Source: Iphione sp. A-MEVVRFRX5 (Eukaryota). Taken from it: a stretch of 64,000 nucleotides of DNA. Numbering within the stretch: the first letter of the stretch is position 1; each line of letters opens with the position of its first letter. The DNA lies in NCBI GenBank assembly GCA_976226885.1, contig OZ320315.1, positions 84,196,001 to 84,260,000 on the forward strand. Direction: 5' to 3'. Positions 13,250-26,764 of the stretch are shown here, piece after piece. The position numbers and the translations under genes are program-made. Under the pieces are notes generated by a model that searched no databases, was not told the origin of the DNA, and saw only the letters and a list, made by a program, of their open reading frames with translations.

Positions 13250-16200
13250 GAAATAACAATACAGGTCTTACCTTGAATAGAACAGTATTAATGTACATGT
13301 ACATGTAATGTGAAGAACACTGTCTCACGAAGGTGGAAGTAACACGTTGAATGGATTAGAACGGAATTAGTAAGGGATTGTGAAAATGAAACCAGCATAT
13401 AGCAGGGCATCTTTTAGTGCCCGATTCTACAGGACACAGATGGTTTGAAGGTGACCTGGGGAGCCATACTGGAGCTGCCATATCGCCCCCGCAACACCTC
13501 CACTGATATATCATAATTACGCCGGGCAGGCCTCCGACCCCCACCGGCCTGCCATTATCGTCTGTTCCTCCTCTAGAGCCATCCTCCCATATAATGTAAC
13601 GTGTGGGTATCTGGCCCGTGTGACCTCACCAGGCCGACGTTGATCACCTGACTTACAGCTTGGTGTCACCATCGACCCCCTCCATCTCCAGCCCAATCCC
13701 CCAACCTCGACCCCCCCCCACCAACCCCCATCTCCACTCCTTCCACCCAACTCCAACCCGACTACCAACACCCTGGCTTTCACCGCGTCACTGACGCTGG
13801 GGTTTGCTCTCACGGACACCTACCAATCATCCAAGTTGCCGACATCAGCCCATAACTCGGCTGATTCCTCATCGAGCCCCGGGAATTTCTCGACACTCTT
13901 TACGTATGCAAGGGCCGGTCGGCTAACGACAGGGACCAGCGTCGTCGGGGTGGTTTCACGAACCCTATATAGATTTTGAATAGGGCTACCCGGCCAACAA
14001 ATTCTGATTTATTGCCAAGGGTCCCTTCGGAAATCGATCCCGTATAATAGACAGGAGTCATCCATTCTCAGAGGACCTCCCCCCCCCCCTCCATGTAAGG
14101 TAGAAGGGACCGGGTCGTGCAAGGATTTGTTCGGTTCGGAACGGGGGCCTGTTGAGCTGGGTGAAGGGATCCAGACGCCAGGACTCTACTGGCCGCCTGA
14201 TCCTTGGGAATAAATGCTGTGATGCATCGCCCTCTAAAGGCGGCTTGCTTTTAAAAAAACACACGGTCGGATTCCTTTCCGACAAAAGGCTTCCTAGGCA
14301 ATCACTCAGGGGTCTCATGCAGGATCCATTGAAAAGAGTGAATAATACAGACGGAGGGAGATGAAGAAAAAAAACCCGCAGTCAGTTCAAAATTTACGGT
14401 ACATCTATATTGAACCCTTCCTTCCGCACATGGTCATTATACACAGCTTGGCCACGGGCTAGTTTAGTATACACGCATGGGAGCCGGCCTATGCAGACTA
14501 CAGAATTGGTCGAACTGAGTCATGTGAAGTTAATGCTCGACGACGAGGTGCTTGGAATGATGGTGGTCCGGTAGCTATCGTAGTTCAGATAGCGTTTTAC
14601 GAGGCCTTCCTCTCTGTGAAGTAACCCCCGGTAGTGATGACGCTGCCCGGCCGTCTTGCCACCCAGCAGCCCGCCAATCCCTCTCCCCCGTCGGCGGGTC
14701 TCCTAGGATCAATGGCCCGCAAGCGAGGTGCCCCCCGGCGCAGTGGCCGAGCGCCTCAATTCTCATTTACCTTTACGACCAGTGCCAATCTCCTGCAGCA
14801 GAGCCTTCTGTCTTAGTCCGAGGAAATTCCCAGGCAACTCTGCTCATCCAGAGTCCAAAGGGATACTTGTACTTCCCCTGAGCCAACGAAAAACATCAAG
14901 GTCACATGGGTCCATTTTCAAGGTACTATATTAAAAGCAAACATTTTCTTTCACCTGCGAGGTTCTTCCCTAATTATACATTGTTGACTAACACACACAC
15001 CTTTCTCTTGAATTCTATCAGTGGTTCCATGCACTCTACTATGTGGGCCAGACGGAAGGGCGGGGGGGGGGGGGAGGAGACTTTACAAGGGAGGCAGAAG
15101 GACACTTCCTCTTTACATCTCTACTGGTCTCAGATGGTATCCTTGTTCTTGCAATTTGTGACCGTGGCATTAGAGGTCTGCCGAAGGAAAATGCCTCTTC
15201 CTGTGGGCTGAAAGCTTTCCAATTTCTTTCTGATAGGTTTCGATTCCCCCGAGAAAAAATGGTGCGACACATACACCGCCAGCTGCTTGCTAGGACTGGA
15301 GAAACGGTCGCCTGAATGTATTCGAGGAAGGGAGGAACAATACTACTCCCTCACTTACGACGTGTCATCCCTTTGTCTGACGGGGATTGTTTGATACATA
15401 GTATGAAAATCATCTGTTACCCTCCGACAATGCGGACGCCTCCGGCAGTGGGTATTGGGCTGTCTCAGGAAGACGTCACTTTAGATCACGACTTCCCGGA
15501 GGGGTTAATCACATGACCTTCGTCAGGGGGAAATGACACCGTCAAGGAAATGGAGGTCAGCGGTATTTTCGCATCCGACGTTGGGTCAAACATGTCATCT
15601 TTCCTTATACAATGGTATTAATTCTGCTTGCGTTCTCTCTTTACTACGACAATAGATACACACAATAACACGGCTTTGAAGATAGAGCTGCTTCCTTTGT
15701 TAGTAATGTATCACTGAAAAGTACTAGGGTACACATATGTATGTATATACTTGGTAAAACCGAGATTTAGAACTGGTGCAATGTACTGCCTGAAAAGATA
15801 TCAATAGTTTACTCCTGGTTTAATACCGATTGATTAAACACAAGTCAACTAGGATATTGTGTATAGGATAGCTTTACCGAGAAGGGAAATGGATATTGCA
15901 AATAAAGATGGTGTAATGCATTCTATCTCGCTAGATGTCCCAACATCTTCTGTGAGGATTTGGTCATCGTGTACTGTTTTTTTCTCAATCTGACAGCTAC
16001 CGGATGTAATGAACAGTGCCATAATAAAATCCCAACTAAGCTTTTTTTTGCGCGATGCAATTTCTCATTGAAGGATAATTGTGGCCACTGTCTATGTAAT
16101 TGTTTGGAATGCCAGCGCTATGAAGAACATGTGCTTTGTTTTACTTATTATGTTTCATTCGGTCAAAGAGACTCGTGCGAGGACTTTGCTTTCACCGTAG

Positions 16201-18384
16201 CCAATACCTGCAAACGCTGAGTGCCCTCAAAAAAATCTTGGCTACCTAAGGAACAGCCTGATGGAACAGAGCATGAATATTTGAAATCCTTTAAAACAGA
16301 TTAATGGTTTTCTTCTTTTCATTCACATTTCATCTTGAATTTCTGAACAAAACACCCTTTAAGAGAATAAGAAGTAGAATTAATGGTTTTCCTCTTTTTA
16401 ATGAGTTTTCAGTGTGAAATATAGTGTAAAACAACTTCATGAGAATTTGAAGTGTAATAAAGATGAAAAGAGTAGGTACAAGTTCACGAGGAAACGAAAC
16501 TCGATGAGGAAATAAACTTTATCTAACGGACAGAGCTGCAGAGATGGACAGACTCAGGTAGAAGAGAGCAGCCGGGATGGACAGGGCGAGACGGAACACG
16601 CCAGATAAGGATTGATACAATTACAAGAATGAATATTCTGACGATGCAGTCATGAAAACCTTGATGGGCTTGGGAATCGGCGAGGTGTGAGCATTGAAAG
16701 AAACCTTGAGGATTCCTTTTAGGCCGTAGGGGAGCTATCACTATTGTGCAATTACAATCTGCATAATGTTCACTTGAAGCAATTCTTTCTGCCTCGCCAT
16801 TGTAATGTGGCATTGTTACTGCGACTGAGGGCCTTCCTAGATCCAATCCTGGACCCCGTGGGAATATTGGCATCGCTGGAGGAAGAGAACGTTTCCAGTG
16901 CGCTCCCAGACTTGTCATAATTAAGCCTTGCTCCTCCCGAGTACAGTGATGGATGGGCCAAACAGATATGACTGCAAATGGCCAGATCGTGGCTCCCTCT
17001 GGGGACGGGGCGTAAGTAACTGATGGACACGAGCAGTTATCGTCCGCGGCGTTAGACGTCACGTGGTAAAGATCCGGCAGCTAGGAAAGAGCTGATGGAT
17101 AAAGGCTAAATGGAGTCACTTAAAATGGTCCTCGGGCAAGGGTCGTCCAAGTATATCAAAGTCGTACTATGAAGTTATCTTGACATTCTTTCTGTGTTTT
17201 ACTGCCTGGCTCCAGAAACTTAGCATCCCCAGCTACCTTTTTAATACCATACATACAAACTCGGATGCGTTAGACTTGACTATACTAATACGCTTGTATG
17301 CATAACCTTTCGTCGTAACCCGAGCTGAATGATATATATTTGTACTTGTATATTTTGTTATGTTATGCACATATTTATTCATATAGTATAGAACATGTGC
17401 ATTAATGTATAGCTATTCGTTTACTTATTTATTTATTTATAGAGAAAAAAGGGAATATATCGACACATTTGTGTTAAACAGCTTGAAAGACTTTTGAAAC
17501 AGCAGGTATTCAATTGCATTATACTAGTAAGACTCAAGGTCGAGCGGTAGCAATTACACTTTCTTCCTTTGTGCTGTTAACAGGGGAAGAGCTGGCTGCA
17601 GAATCCAATTTGGTTAACCAGGTTGACGGTAGCCACCGTTAGATTAATGAGGCGAATTAGCACTGGACCTGCTTTACCATCGACGCAGTGGAGCCATGTT
17701 TGTCGGGTCATACGTTACCACGCAGAAACATAGGGCGACCTTCTATGCGGGCAATATATACATACCAGCATGGGATTACTCTCTCCCAGTGCAGGCAGCC
17801 TACAACAGCCTACTTTACATGCGTAATTAAAACGGCTATCATGTACCTTTATGTATACGGGCATCCCCGATGCACCGTGTGACCAAAAACAGCCATCTGC
17901 AGCATCTTCCTAGATCACAAATCTCCTTCTATGTGACATGCTGCTGTATATCATCGCTGCCAATGGAGTTTTTAAAAATATATGCACAAGGCCTTGAAGG
18001 CTACGCTTCAATCGATACAGTCCACATGGTGCAGGTAGAATACTCTCGCCTCCTCACAAATAAAGCCGTTACTGTTTATGAAACCGTGTCTTTTTTTCCA
18101 TAACCGGCCCAGACACGAAAGCCGGCAGATTTATCATTCGTGTGACCTCTAATCTGGGAGAAAACATGAGCATACAGAGCATGTGAGACGGCGCGATCAA
18201 TCAAACGCAGGTATGAATCTATCTAGACAGAGGGCTTAATGAACGTTCTATGCATATTGTAAACGCCTTCCTTTCAGGCAGGAGCGGCTGTAAGGCCCAC
18301 TATGATGAAGAGATATGGCCCGGCCAGATTTAGGACATGTTGAGCTCCATGTTATACCCAAGAGGAAGATGGAGTTAGAAAACG

Positions 18385-18455
18385 CAGAGAGAGAAAGAGA
18401 AAGAGAAAGAGAGACAAAGAGACAGAGAGAAAGAGAGAGGGGGGGTAGAGAGAGA
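18385..18455. repeat. GA-rich simple repeat
   Basis: gcagagagagaaagagaaagagaaagagagacaaagagacagagagaaagagagagg. Confidence 0.85.
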
Positions 18456-18811
18456 AGAAAATCGAAAATGAAATACGAGATTGAATGTACATGCACATGT
18501 AATTGCTATTGTGCAGATACAGCTATTGCACACAAGATACTGACGTGATTCAAAGTTAAAATATAGAATTTGGCTGCATCAATTTACACGTTAGCAGTGG
18601 TTGTATTGGATATACTTGTATCGGGATACTGACGGAAAATCGTTCATTACATACGGTTGTTTTAAGGAACACAGTGGCTCCAACAGATATTGTTAGAATT
18701 CTTCCCTGGGAAAATACCGACGAGGTTAGGCCGCATGTTTATGTTGGCTGCGAAATTTCTAGAGAATGTCAACACAACTGGGACATTCTGCTTATGTGAG
18801 CAAGGCTTGGC

Positions 18812-18898
18812 GATGATGGCGATGCTGCTGGTGATGATGATGATGATGATGGTGGTGGTCGTGAAGCTGATGACTCTCAGAGTGATGATGATGATGAC
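18812..18898. repeat. Interrupted (GAT)n/(GGT)n trinucleotide microsatellite
   Basis: gatgatggcgatgctgctggtgatgatgatgatgatgatggtggtggt...gatgatgatgatgac. Confidence 0.9.
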
Positions 18899-21800
18899 TG
18901 GTACATGGTACTTACTTAGGCGCTGGGAATAGGGGGTGAGTACGCCGTGGGCCTGTATTCTGCACAAACAACGACAGCCGCTATGTTATCTTTGGGGACC
19001 AACCAGACAGATGTTACAGTTCTATCAAGGTAGATCAAACAGAAGCGGGCTGCAGAAGGGCAGGGTCCCTTCCGCCACTACAGGCTTCCACCTGAATACC
19101 AATGGTGGCTTCGACTGCGCCCAGTCTCTGTGGACCATAGGGCTATTTCTCTATCCAGGAAATCTATGAAACAGGATCATGACCTGGAAATAAGTTTCTC
19201 CTGCCTTAATCTCTTTAGCGAGGCATGTGGTCATAACGATAACCCAGTTGCCGGACCTCTTGCCCGCTGCAACTGTAGCAGGCTTGTACATTTGAGGCTT
19301 CATTTTTCATTTTGCTGCACTTTGGACATTCTTACTCTTGTATTATACTACTTACAGTTGAGATTGAAGAACGGCAATAAGATGTTACTGTGTTCTTCTG
19401 AGCTTACATTTTCACGGTGCTTAAACAGTTGTCCTAAAACCATTAAGATTTGAAAAACGGGTGCAACTTGAATATAAAAAATGCACTGCAGAGGTCTTCA
19501 GGGAAGTCAAGCAACCTGGTCTTACGACACATTTTCAGGCGACGTAATTTTTTACTGTTTAAAATCCTTTTTGAAGGAAATGCTAATCTAAGACACTGAA
19601 AATCAAAAATCAATAAATATGCATCACCATGCAATCAGGCCGGGTTATAAGACAAATTGTTACCTGACCAATATTGCTATCTAATCAAGAATACATTTTA
19701 TTATCTGGTCTAATTTCTTATCTGATCAAAATATCATGATAACTTAGTACGTAGGTTCTTATTAAATGTTGCGCCTAATTTCCCTTCCAATTGATCAATA
19801 GCCTTAATGCATGTTATTAAGTACATTATCAGCCTCCATTCCAATTGAGAACATTTGCCGAGACAATGCTTAAAGAATACAAACGCCAATCATCTTTCTT
19901 TATTGTTCGTACTAAATACTATCGTGCAGTGTATACTTTAATGACCACACGCATGTTGAAGGCAGAAGAAGTTCGTACACAACCTGTAGACCAGCTACAT
20001 AACGCTACGTACAGTTGCCGTCGCTCATGTTCTGAGTGTGTTTGTTGAGTAATGAGCCTGGAGGTTTAGTCAAGCCGTCGTTTCCTTTCCTTCAATGAAG
20101 ACGGGGAGGCACTGTGCCCTTATTGTACCAGATGGAAAGGGCATTAATTAGTCATCGGTCGCACCTTTTCTGGTAACCGGAGACCAGTGGTTCACTGTCT
20201 AAGGTCTGATGGTACGTGGTATTATTAATTATTAGTATTTTACCGTCCTCTACGCCGAGTACGAACCGTCTCCGCTGCTTGTAATGAGCGGCCACTTGAA
20301 CATATAAACAATGGCTATTTAGGTTCTTCTTGCGTCATAACTCTGCGCCGCTGCTGGATATGAGAGCATGTTGAGGTACTACTTCATTTATGGCTTCCAA
20401 CAGAAATGTTCAATATTTCAAACATGGACCAGAAATGATCGATCTGCTTGCACTAAAAGGCGCGATGCTTCAGACTCGTGTGACGTCCACAATTCATAAC
20501 CTGTTGCTAGAATGGGTGGTGTTTAAAGTAGGTGCTGGAACAGCACTACTTTAAAAAAAAGTCAACCGCGATCCGGCCGAGAGGCGTAGAAGACTATACG
20601 ATTATATACACAGGCCACGCTCGACCACGTCCAAAGGCCGCCTGATTGAACATCACGTTGGTTCTGTATAAAGAAGGCAAATCTTGCGGGCCTTTTGCTT
20701 GCCCGTCGCGAGCACCACCGTCTCTTCTCTCGGCAACGGCCCATATTGACTCGTGCCAGCCGCATTTGTACACGAGTTTTCAAAGGCCCGCCGCCAAGGG
20801 AGCTGAGCACTCCTTGCCTTCGCTGACGGCTGCATTATGCAAGAGTGCCCAATAAACACCGCGCCCACAGACTGGCAATGGCGCTACGGTTGTTGGCCTA
20901 GCCAATATCTCTCCTGGTTCAAAGACACTCTTTGTCGTCCGCCTAGTTTCTGATGGCCGTGGCAAGATCTGCATCCGTTGTACGCCTCGTGGAGAGTGAG
21001 GGGATCCCTGGGGTCGTCTGTTAGGTCTCACTGCGCTTGATTCATGGGTTTTGATATTAGTATCACGGACATGGCCACAGTGTACAATGTCTTAATATAG
21101 TCCGATCTCGTTATTTCCGAATGGAAATTTGTCTGCGTCAGTTGTCGATACTCGGGTACTACAGAACAAACCAATTTATCTTATCAATTTTTAGGAGTGG
21201 AAGGATTGAGCAAGACGTTTCTTTCATCTTTCTATTCTCTCTTCCCTCTTCCCCCATCACCCTTTGGAAACGGAGCTTTACTTTTCCACTTGGCCCCTTA
21301 CAGCATTGTCATTATCTTTGACGCGTGACGTATACATTCGATTTTAGCCTTTATTCAACAAAATCCAAAGTGCTCCTTTTTGAACGTGAACCTAATGTTA
21401 ACGACACAATGCCTTTGATTCAATAAGCTGCCAAAAGCCGGAGAGGCAACGCGCCGGAGAAGGCTGGCTTAAATGATATTGTCGTGTTGTTCCCTGAATC
21501 TGGCTTCCCCTCTCTGTTCCGACTTCCTCGATGTAGAAACCTTACGAGCTCTTATTGAATTTATACACAGCTGGTGCAGATAAACGAATTGCTTTTCTAG
21601 AATCTTTCCTCTAGGTACATCGGCTGAAGTCGTCTGCATATGAAATAAGCGCTTCATATCATAAGAAGACCTCGCATGGTGCACACCAACTTCCTATCAA
21701 TTCCCGAACGAAATATTCAAGTCTTCAGCAGTTTTACGGACTCTCTATCACGATAACTTTATTTTGAGACACTCTTGTGGACATCCATGAGGAGAATACC

Positions 21801-23948
21801 TCAATAATGAAAGTTTACTTTCATGCGGGCATAAAACAGACCCAGACGATTCCCACCGTGCCAAGCTAAGCCTATTATACCGCCATGTCCTGCAGACGCT
21901 GGCGATATGTAACTTCTTCGAAGAATGGTCCTACAGGCTGATAGTTACCAATGTCGCCAGTAGGGTGGGAGGAGGAGGCTACATGTCGCGGTGATGTCTT
22001 CAACCACTCGATGGGTAATCTCCAGAAATGCCCACGGTTACGTGTAATCATCTCAACGTGATTCCACTTCCAAAACGCTGGGCTAGCGTTTTTCATTCAG
22101 TGGACCGAGCCCGACAAGCCGTAAATGACAGAAATCTGAATTTTCTGCCTCAACAGCTTATGGCTGATGTTAGAAGCCGCTGCAGATAAATGGGATGGGA
22201 TAGGGGCATTTGAACCATGGTCCAGTGCCCAGACGCAGCAGTAATGTCTGACCGGGTCAGCAATAATCAATGGAAAGACACTCTCGGGGAGTATTTCACT
22301 GGGCGAGCGCATGTTACATTTCTTCTCGATACTGATAACCATAGAGGGACTAAAGGTAATGTTTACTGATAAGAGGTGGGTCATCAAACTGCCGGTCACC
22401 TACCACAACCACCACCACGGGAAAAACTAAGGACGTCAATTCCAGGATTAGAATAATGCTGCTTTAGAGAAGGACTTTGCAAAACTCATTCTCCAGTGAT
22501 AACGTTAGGGCAACGCCAATAAGTATGTCAGGAACACGAGACAGCGATGGAGCACTACGTTGAGAAAACACCGATACCCTCACATGTTCCTTACGTTTAG
22601 TCCTGCATAGGTCCCATATAAGCATCCCTACAGTAAGGTGGACCAACTGTATAAGGACAATATGGACTCTAAATAAGAAATGTTACCTTGATGTGTGGCA
22701 TAAATCATGACTGTTCTCTGGGTTGGGCTGGATATCCTAGCTGACCAAGGCCCGAAATTTAATGTGGTGAACAGAGCTACTGACAGAACGGCAATGACGA
22801 GACCAAACCAAGAACTATGCATCAACTGAACTAACATGTTTCAAAATATATTTGTGCAGCACAAGAACCAAACATTTATCCTGAACATTTTCCTCCATCA
22901 GATCCCACATCTTATTTTACGCTCCTACTTGGTATGACTTGCCTGGTTCATCCTTAATAAGACAAAAGCACGTAATACGTAGTGGCTTGCTGAAGTAGTG
23001 AAATGGCTGTTACGACTTCTTGGCAACGACAGAGGAAGAGAAGACGTCCAGACAAGTTAATGGGCGTCTCTGTAATACCGTATGCTCCTGCAGGAGGAGC
23101 TTCCCGCAAGTGGCCATTGCTGCCGCGGACGCCAACTGGCAATTCACCTCAAAGAGGCAGGTAATAGAACAAGGGACCTGGATAACCGAAGCCACACGAA
23201 AAATGGAAAATTCCAGGCAACATGCTGTATTGTACGCAGAAATTATAATCCAAATATAACCGGTGTCGATGGATATTGGTGGCTGATTTTAACCTTTTAA
23301 ACTTCATGTTGTACGGCAGATATGTATGTAGGGGATGGAGTGATTCAACTGCAGGATCTAAGAGATAAAGGTCACCCATTGAGGAGACTACAGGCTGTGG
23401 TTGGTAGGAACGTCAATCATTACCCGCCTTAGCTGTCCCGAAATGGCTGACGCCTGATAGGTTTCCTTCAAAACGAGTCCTGGCATACAATGTACTGATT
23501 GGGCAACCAGATCCACTCCTGCTGACTTCCTATAACACGCTAATGGCAAATACGGTTGTTAATGGAGCGATATTGAAAACGGGCCTTATCCTTCCACGGA
23601 CTGGTCCACACAACTTTCCCCCCTTTGCATAATTTAAGCGGACCAGCACACAGCCTTCTGACCAACTGTGGGGTCTTCGTATAGGCAATTATGACTGGCA
23701 ATTCACCTCCCGAGAAGCAGTTGATATAGCAAGGGGGTCAGGGCAGCGAATGAAGCTGGCTCCTCCTCGCCTGCCACCACTTCATACCGAGCTGATTTCA
23801 TCAGTGGCTATGCCTGGACACTGGCATTCCGCCGACATCAGCGACATAAGCGGTCACGCGGTCAAGCTGTTGTTAGGCGTAATGCGGACAGTCGAGCCCT
23901 GCCTCAGATACCATCCGCTGCACTGCCCGCTTCCACTAATGGCCGGGC

Positions 23949-23963
23949 CCAACAGGTGGCGCA
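23949..23963 (+). promoter_or_regulatory. CTCF-like motif
   Basis: CCAACAGGTGGCGCA, one mismatch to CCASYAGRKGGCRS. Confidence 0.35.
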
Positions 23964-26740
23964 CCGCCAACCGCAGGCCTCTCATGCATACTCAATACGG
24001 AGCCATTTTCAACCGGACAAAATGCGGCAGTCGTGGCTCGGGACCGACGGTATCCAAAATTGTTCAGACGGGGAAAACAGATCGACAAAACTAGAAAATG
24101 GTGCAGGCGGATTTGAAAAATTATCCTCGAAAAAATGGTTGTGCATGTAATGTAAATAGGAATGTCATATGAGTAACCTTGAAAAGGTCACTTTCAAATC
24201 TGACTCTGATCTCGATCATGGTTAGGTAGAATCGTCTGGTGCAGCAGTGTTAAAATACTGTTTCCCATTGATGGAAGGGCAATAGGAGTACCAATGTACA
24301 AAATACTGTTACTCTATGGTAGAAAGTAATATGCTATGTTTAAGGCAAATTAAATTATCATAAATTATCTATAAACAGTCTTTATACTTGCAATACCCAA
24401 CACAATAGGTGCGCGAAAGAATGTGATGAATACAATGTATTGTGGAAACTTAAGACAACTGATTATATTGTTGGGCGGCGATATAATATACATTGTACCT
24501 TGATGTAAATATCTATTAAAACATTAGGGCAATGGCACTCAAATCACCATGGATGCTTCCTATCTGTATTACGACTGCACACATGTATTTCATTTCTTGG
24601 TATATGCACATTGTATATATCATCAAACATTACTTTTGCTACACTATTAATTCAGTGTGCGATGCAACTCTGAAACAACACTTAGACACGAAACTGTTGA
24701 AAAATTGCTGACCATCAGAAACACAGCAAAATGTCTCATTGCCTTTCGTGCTGCTCGCTCAATCGACTGAGTAATAGATATTGGTTACAAGGAAAAAAAA
24801 CTTTGCGTACTCGTACTGCAAACGAGGAGTGCCGTTTCAAAGCTTCGGTTGCGTGTGCTACTACCCATTATAGGCTATATGGAGCGAGGGCACGCAGGCA
24901 TGTGTATGCCATGGGGCCGCCGCATTGACATCCCACACCCCCAGTGCTGTAGACGGAGAAGACGCGATGAGTGGGTCTCCTCTTGTGTCCAGTGGACATC
25001 GAGTGGTACAGGGTGACAAGTCGCCGGCAGCATGCTCCTCTGGCTGAACGAATACTTGCTCCTCGCTGCCGTGTTTGTTTGTCCGGTGTGTACTAAACTG
25101 CCCCGAGTCCAACCAATACTCGTCGTGTATTTTGTCACTCTCGTGACTGACACGCATGATGGAAACAGTGTTAGTGGGCGAATCTGTTTCTTTTAGCTTG
25201 AGGTGAGAATAATCTTGTATGGTGCAGACAAGAGAACGCACGGTAGACGCTTTTTTATATTTTTATCGTTTTACTTTACTTAAATGTATGAAGCATTGAA
25301 AGGTATTGCAAAGCTTTAGATGTGACAAGCTTATTACCAGCTGATCAAGCCACTTTGTTTCAAATACAGTAATCTATGAAACCGATTGTTTAAGTGGTTG
25401 CTTAGTTGCAAACTTTTGACAGAGACATCTCTTGTTTCGCTGCATGCGAGTTGACTCGAGAAATCCCGATATGTTTGCAGCCCGCCGGAACAAGCAGATG
25501 GTTTGGTCAGGGCTGTTGATATTCTAAAGGGACTCCCACTCTAGACATGCCCCGAATCGTAGCACACGGCCGTAAACATTCAAAATGTTAAAGTGCCGTA
25601 ATGTGATACTAATGGACTTTTCATGTCGGAAGCAGCGGCCGCAGGAGAACCAGTCTGCCCACGCTGCTGCCACACGGACAAAGTCTTGAGATGGGTTCAT
25701 AGTGGTCAGCTTGACGCCAGCATGACAATGCAAAAAACAACCCAACAAGGACAATGATTAAGCAACAACGAAAAGTCAATGACAAAAAAAATGAATAAAT
25801 AAATAGCAGCCACCGTTGAAGGTGTGTCAGTCAACACACGCTGTTGCATACTTGTTAGTGCGGTTCGGAGGTCTACACTTAATACTGCCGGGAAATGATT
25901 CGGTGCCGACGAGTCTAGACGCTGGAGAGTAGCGTTTGGCGTGTGTCGGGCCATCAGAACTTTTCTATCCCTAACGACCCCGACACCCGTGGGTGGAGAT
26001 GCCCGAGGGGTGGGGGTGGGGTACTGGAGGGGCTTCAATGGTTCCTTCCTTAGGCAGACAGAGGACGTGGTTATATACAGTCAGCGAAGGGGGCCTCTAA
26101 CCCGGTAGCTCGCACTCTCATCCTGACGTACATAAGGTTTACTTAATTTCGTCGGCCGGCGATACAAGGAAAGAGCTATGATTGCGAGGTCGTCCCGAAT
26201 CGCTATATAGCATGATAGAGTACATGAACCTACCTTTGTCGCCCCTAAAAGTACCCATCAAATATTCATTTTCAGAAACTTGCCCAGTCGATGGCCAATG
26301 TTTTCAAGTTCTTTTTTTAAAGTTCGGGAAATTCTTACGAATATGTTATATTTGAAATATAGTGTTATAAACTGATGTGATTTCGACACATGTAATCTTA
26401 GAAATATTTTTACGCTACAGGACCATTTAAGCTATTGTAAATGGCGACACAATTTCCGTATGGTATAAATTAGATACAAGTAATGTACATACATTACTCA
26501 TTATTCAAAGAAAGAGCCAGTCACAATAAATCCCTTCGTGTTTTCAAGACGTGGTCAAGCCCTTTGCTTCTTTGTGGCTACCTAGTAGTGTGTCAAAAGC
26601 CAGCTGGTGACCCTCCTTTTGTACTGGTAGTTTAATTGTTATGTTGTCCTTGGTGACATAGATTCAGGTCCCACACTGCTGTACATAAAAGGGGAGTGTT
26701 TATTTCTGTATAGGGGCTGTGGATGATCACTATTCCTTCG

Positions 26741-26764
26741 GTTTCGACTTGTTAGTCTCATCAG
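26741..26764 (-). ncRNA. Hammerhead-ribozyme catalytic core (probably degenerate or incomplete)
   Basis: Minus strand reads CUGAUGA-GACU-AACA-AGUC-GAAA-C: both conserved core boxes around a perfect 4-bp stem II with the canonical G-C closing pair. Stems I/III and an NUH cleavage triplet could not be completed in cis. Confidence 0.4.

Noticed and set aside
16523-17062. 179-aa minus-strand ORF
   Set aside because: Non-ATG start, no recognisable domain, no well-placed strong splice sites. A length like this is expected occasionally by chance in 64 kb.
24861-25241. 126-aa minus-strand ORF, somewhat protein-like
   Set aside because: No homology recognised and no phase-0 donor or convincing start. 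Cannot be supported without transcripts.
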